NCBI GenBank assembly: GCA_030390025.1 | Contig: CM059432.1 | Span: forward strand, 115,260,001 to 115,324,000 | Direction of reading: 5' to 3' | From: Squalus acanthias | Lineage: Eukaryota | Length of the DNA: 64,000 bases | Part shown: positions 63,011-64,000 of the stretch, piece after piece | How positions within the stretch are numbered: the first letter of the stretch is position 1 | How the letters are laid out: each line of letters begins with the position of its first letter | Program-made: the position numbers and the translations under genes | Notes under the pieces: generated by a model | What the model was told of the DNA's origin: nothing | Seen by the model: only the letters and a program-made list of their open reading frames with translations | Database searches by the model: none

Positions 63011-64000
63011 GGGGTGTAGAAATTCGGTATCCCCCTGTAAATGGACGCAGGGATCACGATGCGATGCAATAGCAACCCACGCCCGGAGGTCTGTAGGCAG
63101 CACGTAAAATTCTGCACCTCTTAAAGAGGCATTCTGCCGACAGGATCTGCTGGAACTGATTTTGGAGGCAAGTGTGAGAAAGAAGAAGACTGAATAATGG
63201 CTCAACAGGCCAGAGAAAGGGCTCCAAGGTTCTCGGATGCAGCACTGGAGGCCTTGGTCCAGGAGGTCAACTGATGGGTATGCACAATGAAATGCTTGGT
63301 GCATTGGCAGGCCTGCCAGAAAGCCTGAATGCAATGTCAAGGAGGATGGAGGAGTCCAGCTCCAGCCTTGCACAGGACTTTGAGCAGAGCTTGGAGCCCA
63401 TCCTTTCCAGTGTGGAAGGGCTGGGCAGATCCATTAACACACTTGTGGACCCAACCATCATGCAGTGTCTGATGGCTAATGTCTCAGCTTCCATTGCAGC
63501 ACAAGCACAAGCCAGCCAACGTCTGAGTGCTGCAATGGAAGCTCAGACTGAAGTCATGCAAGCTCAATCTGCTGCCGTCATGGCTGGGTTTACCAGTGTT
63601 GAAAGGGGCTTGCAGGATATCACAGCAGTCCAGCACTCTGTACTCCACCAGATTACTAGGATTGCAGAGGCGCTGCCCCGGAGGAGTGTCAATGGATCCA
63701 TGGAGGACGACCCTGCAGTCCTCTCTCAGGATGACAGCATTCGTCCTCCCACCATTGCCACACTGCCAGTGCCCTTGCTGTTGCCTGTCAGCCAGCCGGC
63801 CCAGACTGCTGCTGCCCATGCCGAGGTGGTGCAGTCCAAAACCGGGCCTACTAAGCCCAGAGCTCCTCGAGGTCGTCCTGCAAGGCCATCTGCAGTCTCC
63901 CCCCACTGAAAGTCAGCAGCCTTTCACCAGCCATGCTGCAGCCACTGGGGTCGCACTGCGTAGGAGCACTAGGATAGGCAAAGGCACACACAAGACAGAC
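63011..64000 (+). mobile_element. Harbinger element left part with an internally deleted Myb gene, runs off the right edge
   Basis: GGGGTGTAGAAATT start; MAQQARERAPRFSDAALEALVQEV (63197-63268) abuts last-exon ORF 63274-63909, homologous to 41782-42190. Confidence 0.8.

Noticed and set aside
1..64000. CRISPR array, rRNA, prokaryotic operons
   Set aside because: No regularly spaced repeat-spacer array or rRNA similarity noticed; the sequence is vertebrate-type repeat-rich DNA

Overview
Eukaryotic, repeat-dense genomic DNA. The repeat repertoire points to a cartilaginous fish (shark-like), which is an inference from family recognition. No intact host protein-coding gene is supported. Much of the window is nested transposable elements: many CR1 LINE fragments, L2 LINEs, SacSINE1/DeuSINE-like SINEs, two long Penelope-like elements (RT + GIY-YIG) plus short Penelope end insertions, two solo-LTR-like elements, and about 12 PIF/Harbinger-type elements or MITEs (GG-starting TIRs, 3-bp TSDs). 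Several Harbinger elements carry decayed, intron-containing Myb/SANT-like genes. The most notable signals: (1) minimal hammerhead-ribozyme motifs in five Penelope end insertions (six motifs), one of which is a TSD-flanked fold-back with two back-to-back ribozymes; (2) a LINE whose endonuclease ORF sits directly behind a tRNA-like Pol III head, with a matching head+tail non-autonomous derivative; (3) spliced Harbinger Myb genes from several subfamilies; (4) a CpG-rich LTR-like insert with no TSD. Boundaries with quoted TSD/TIR are base-exact by eye; others are approximate.
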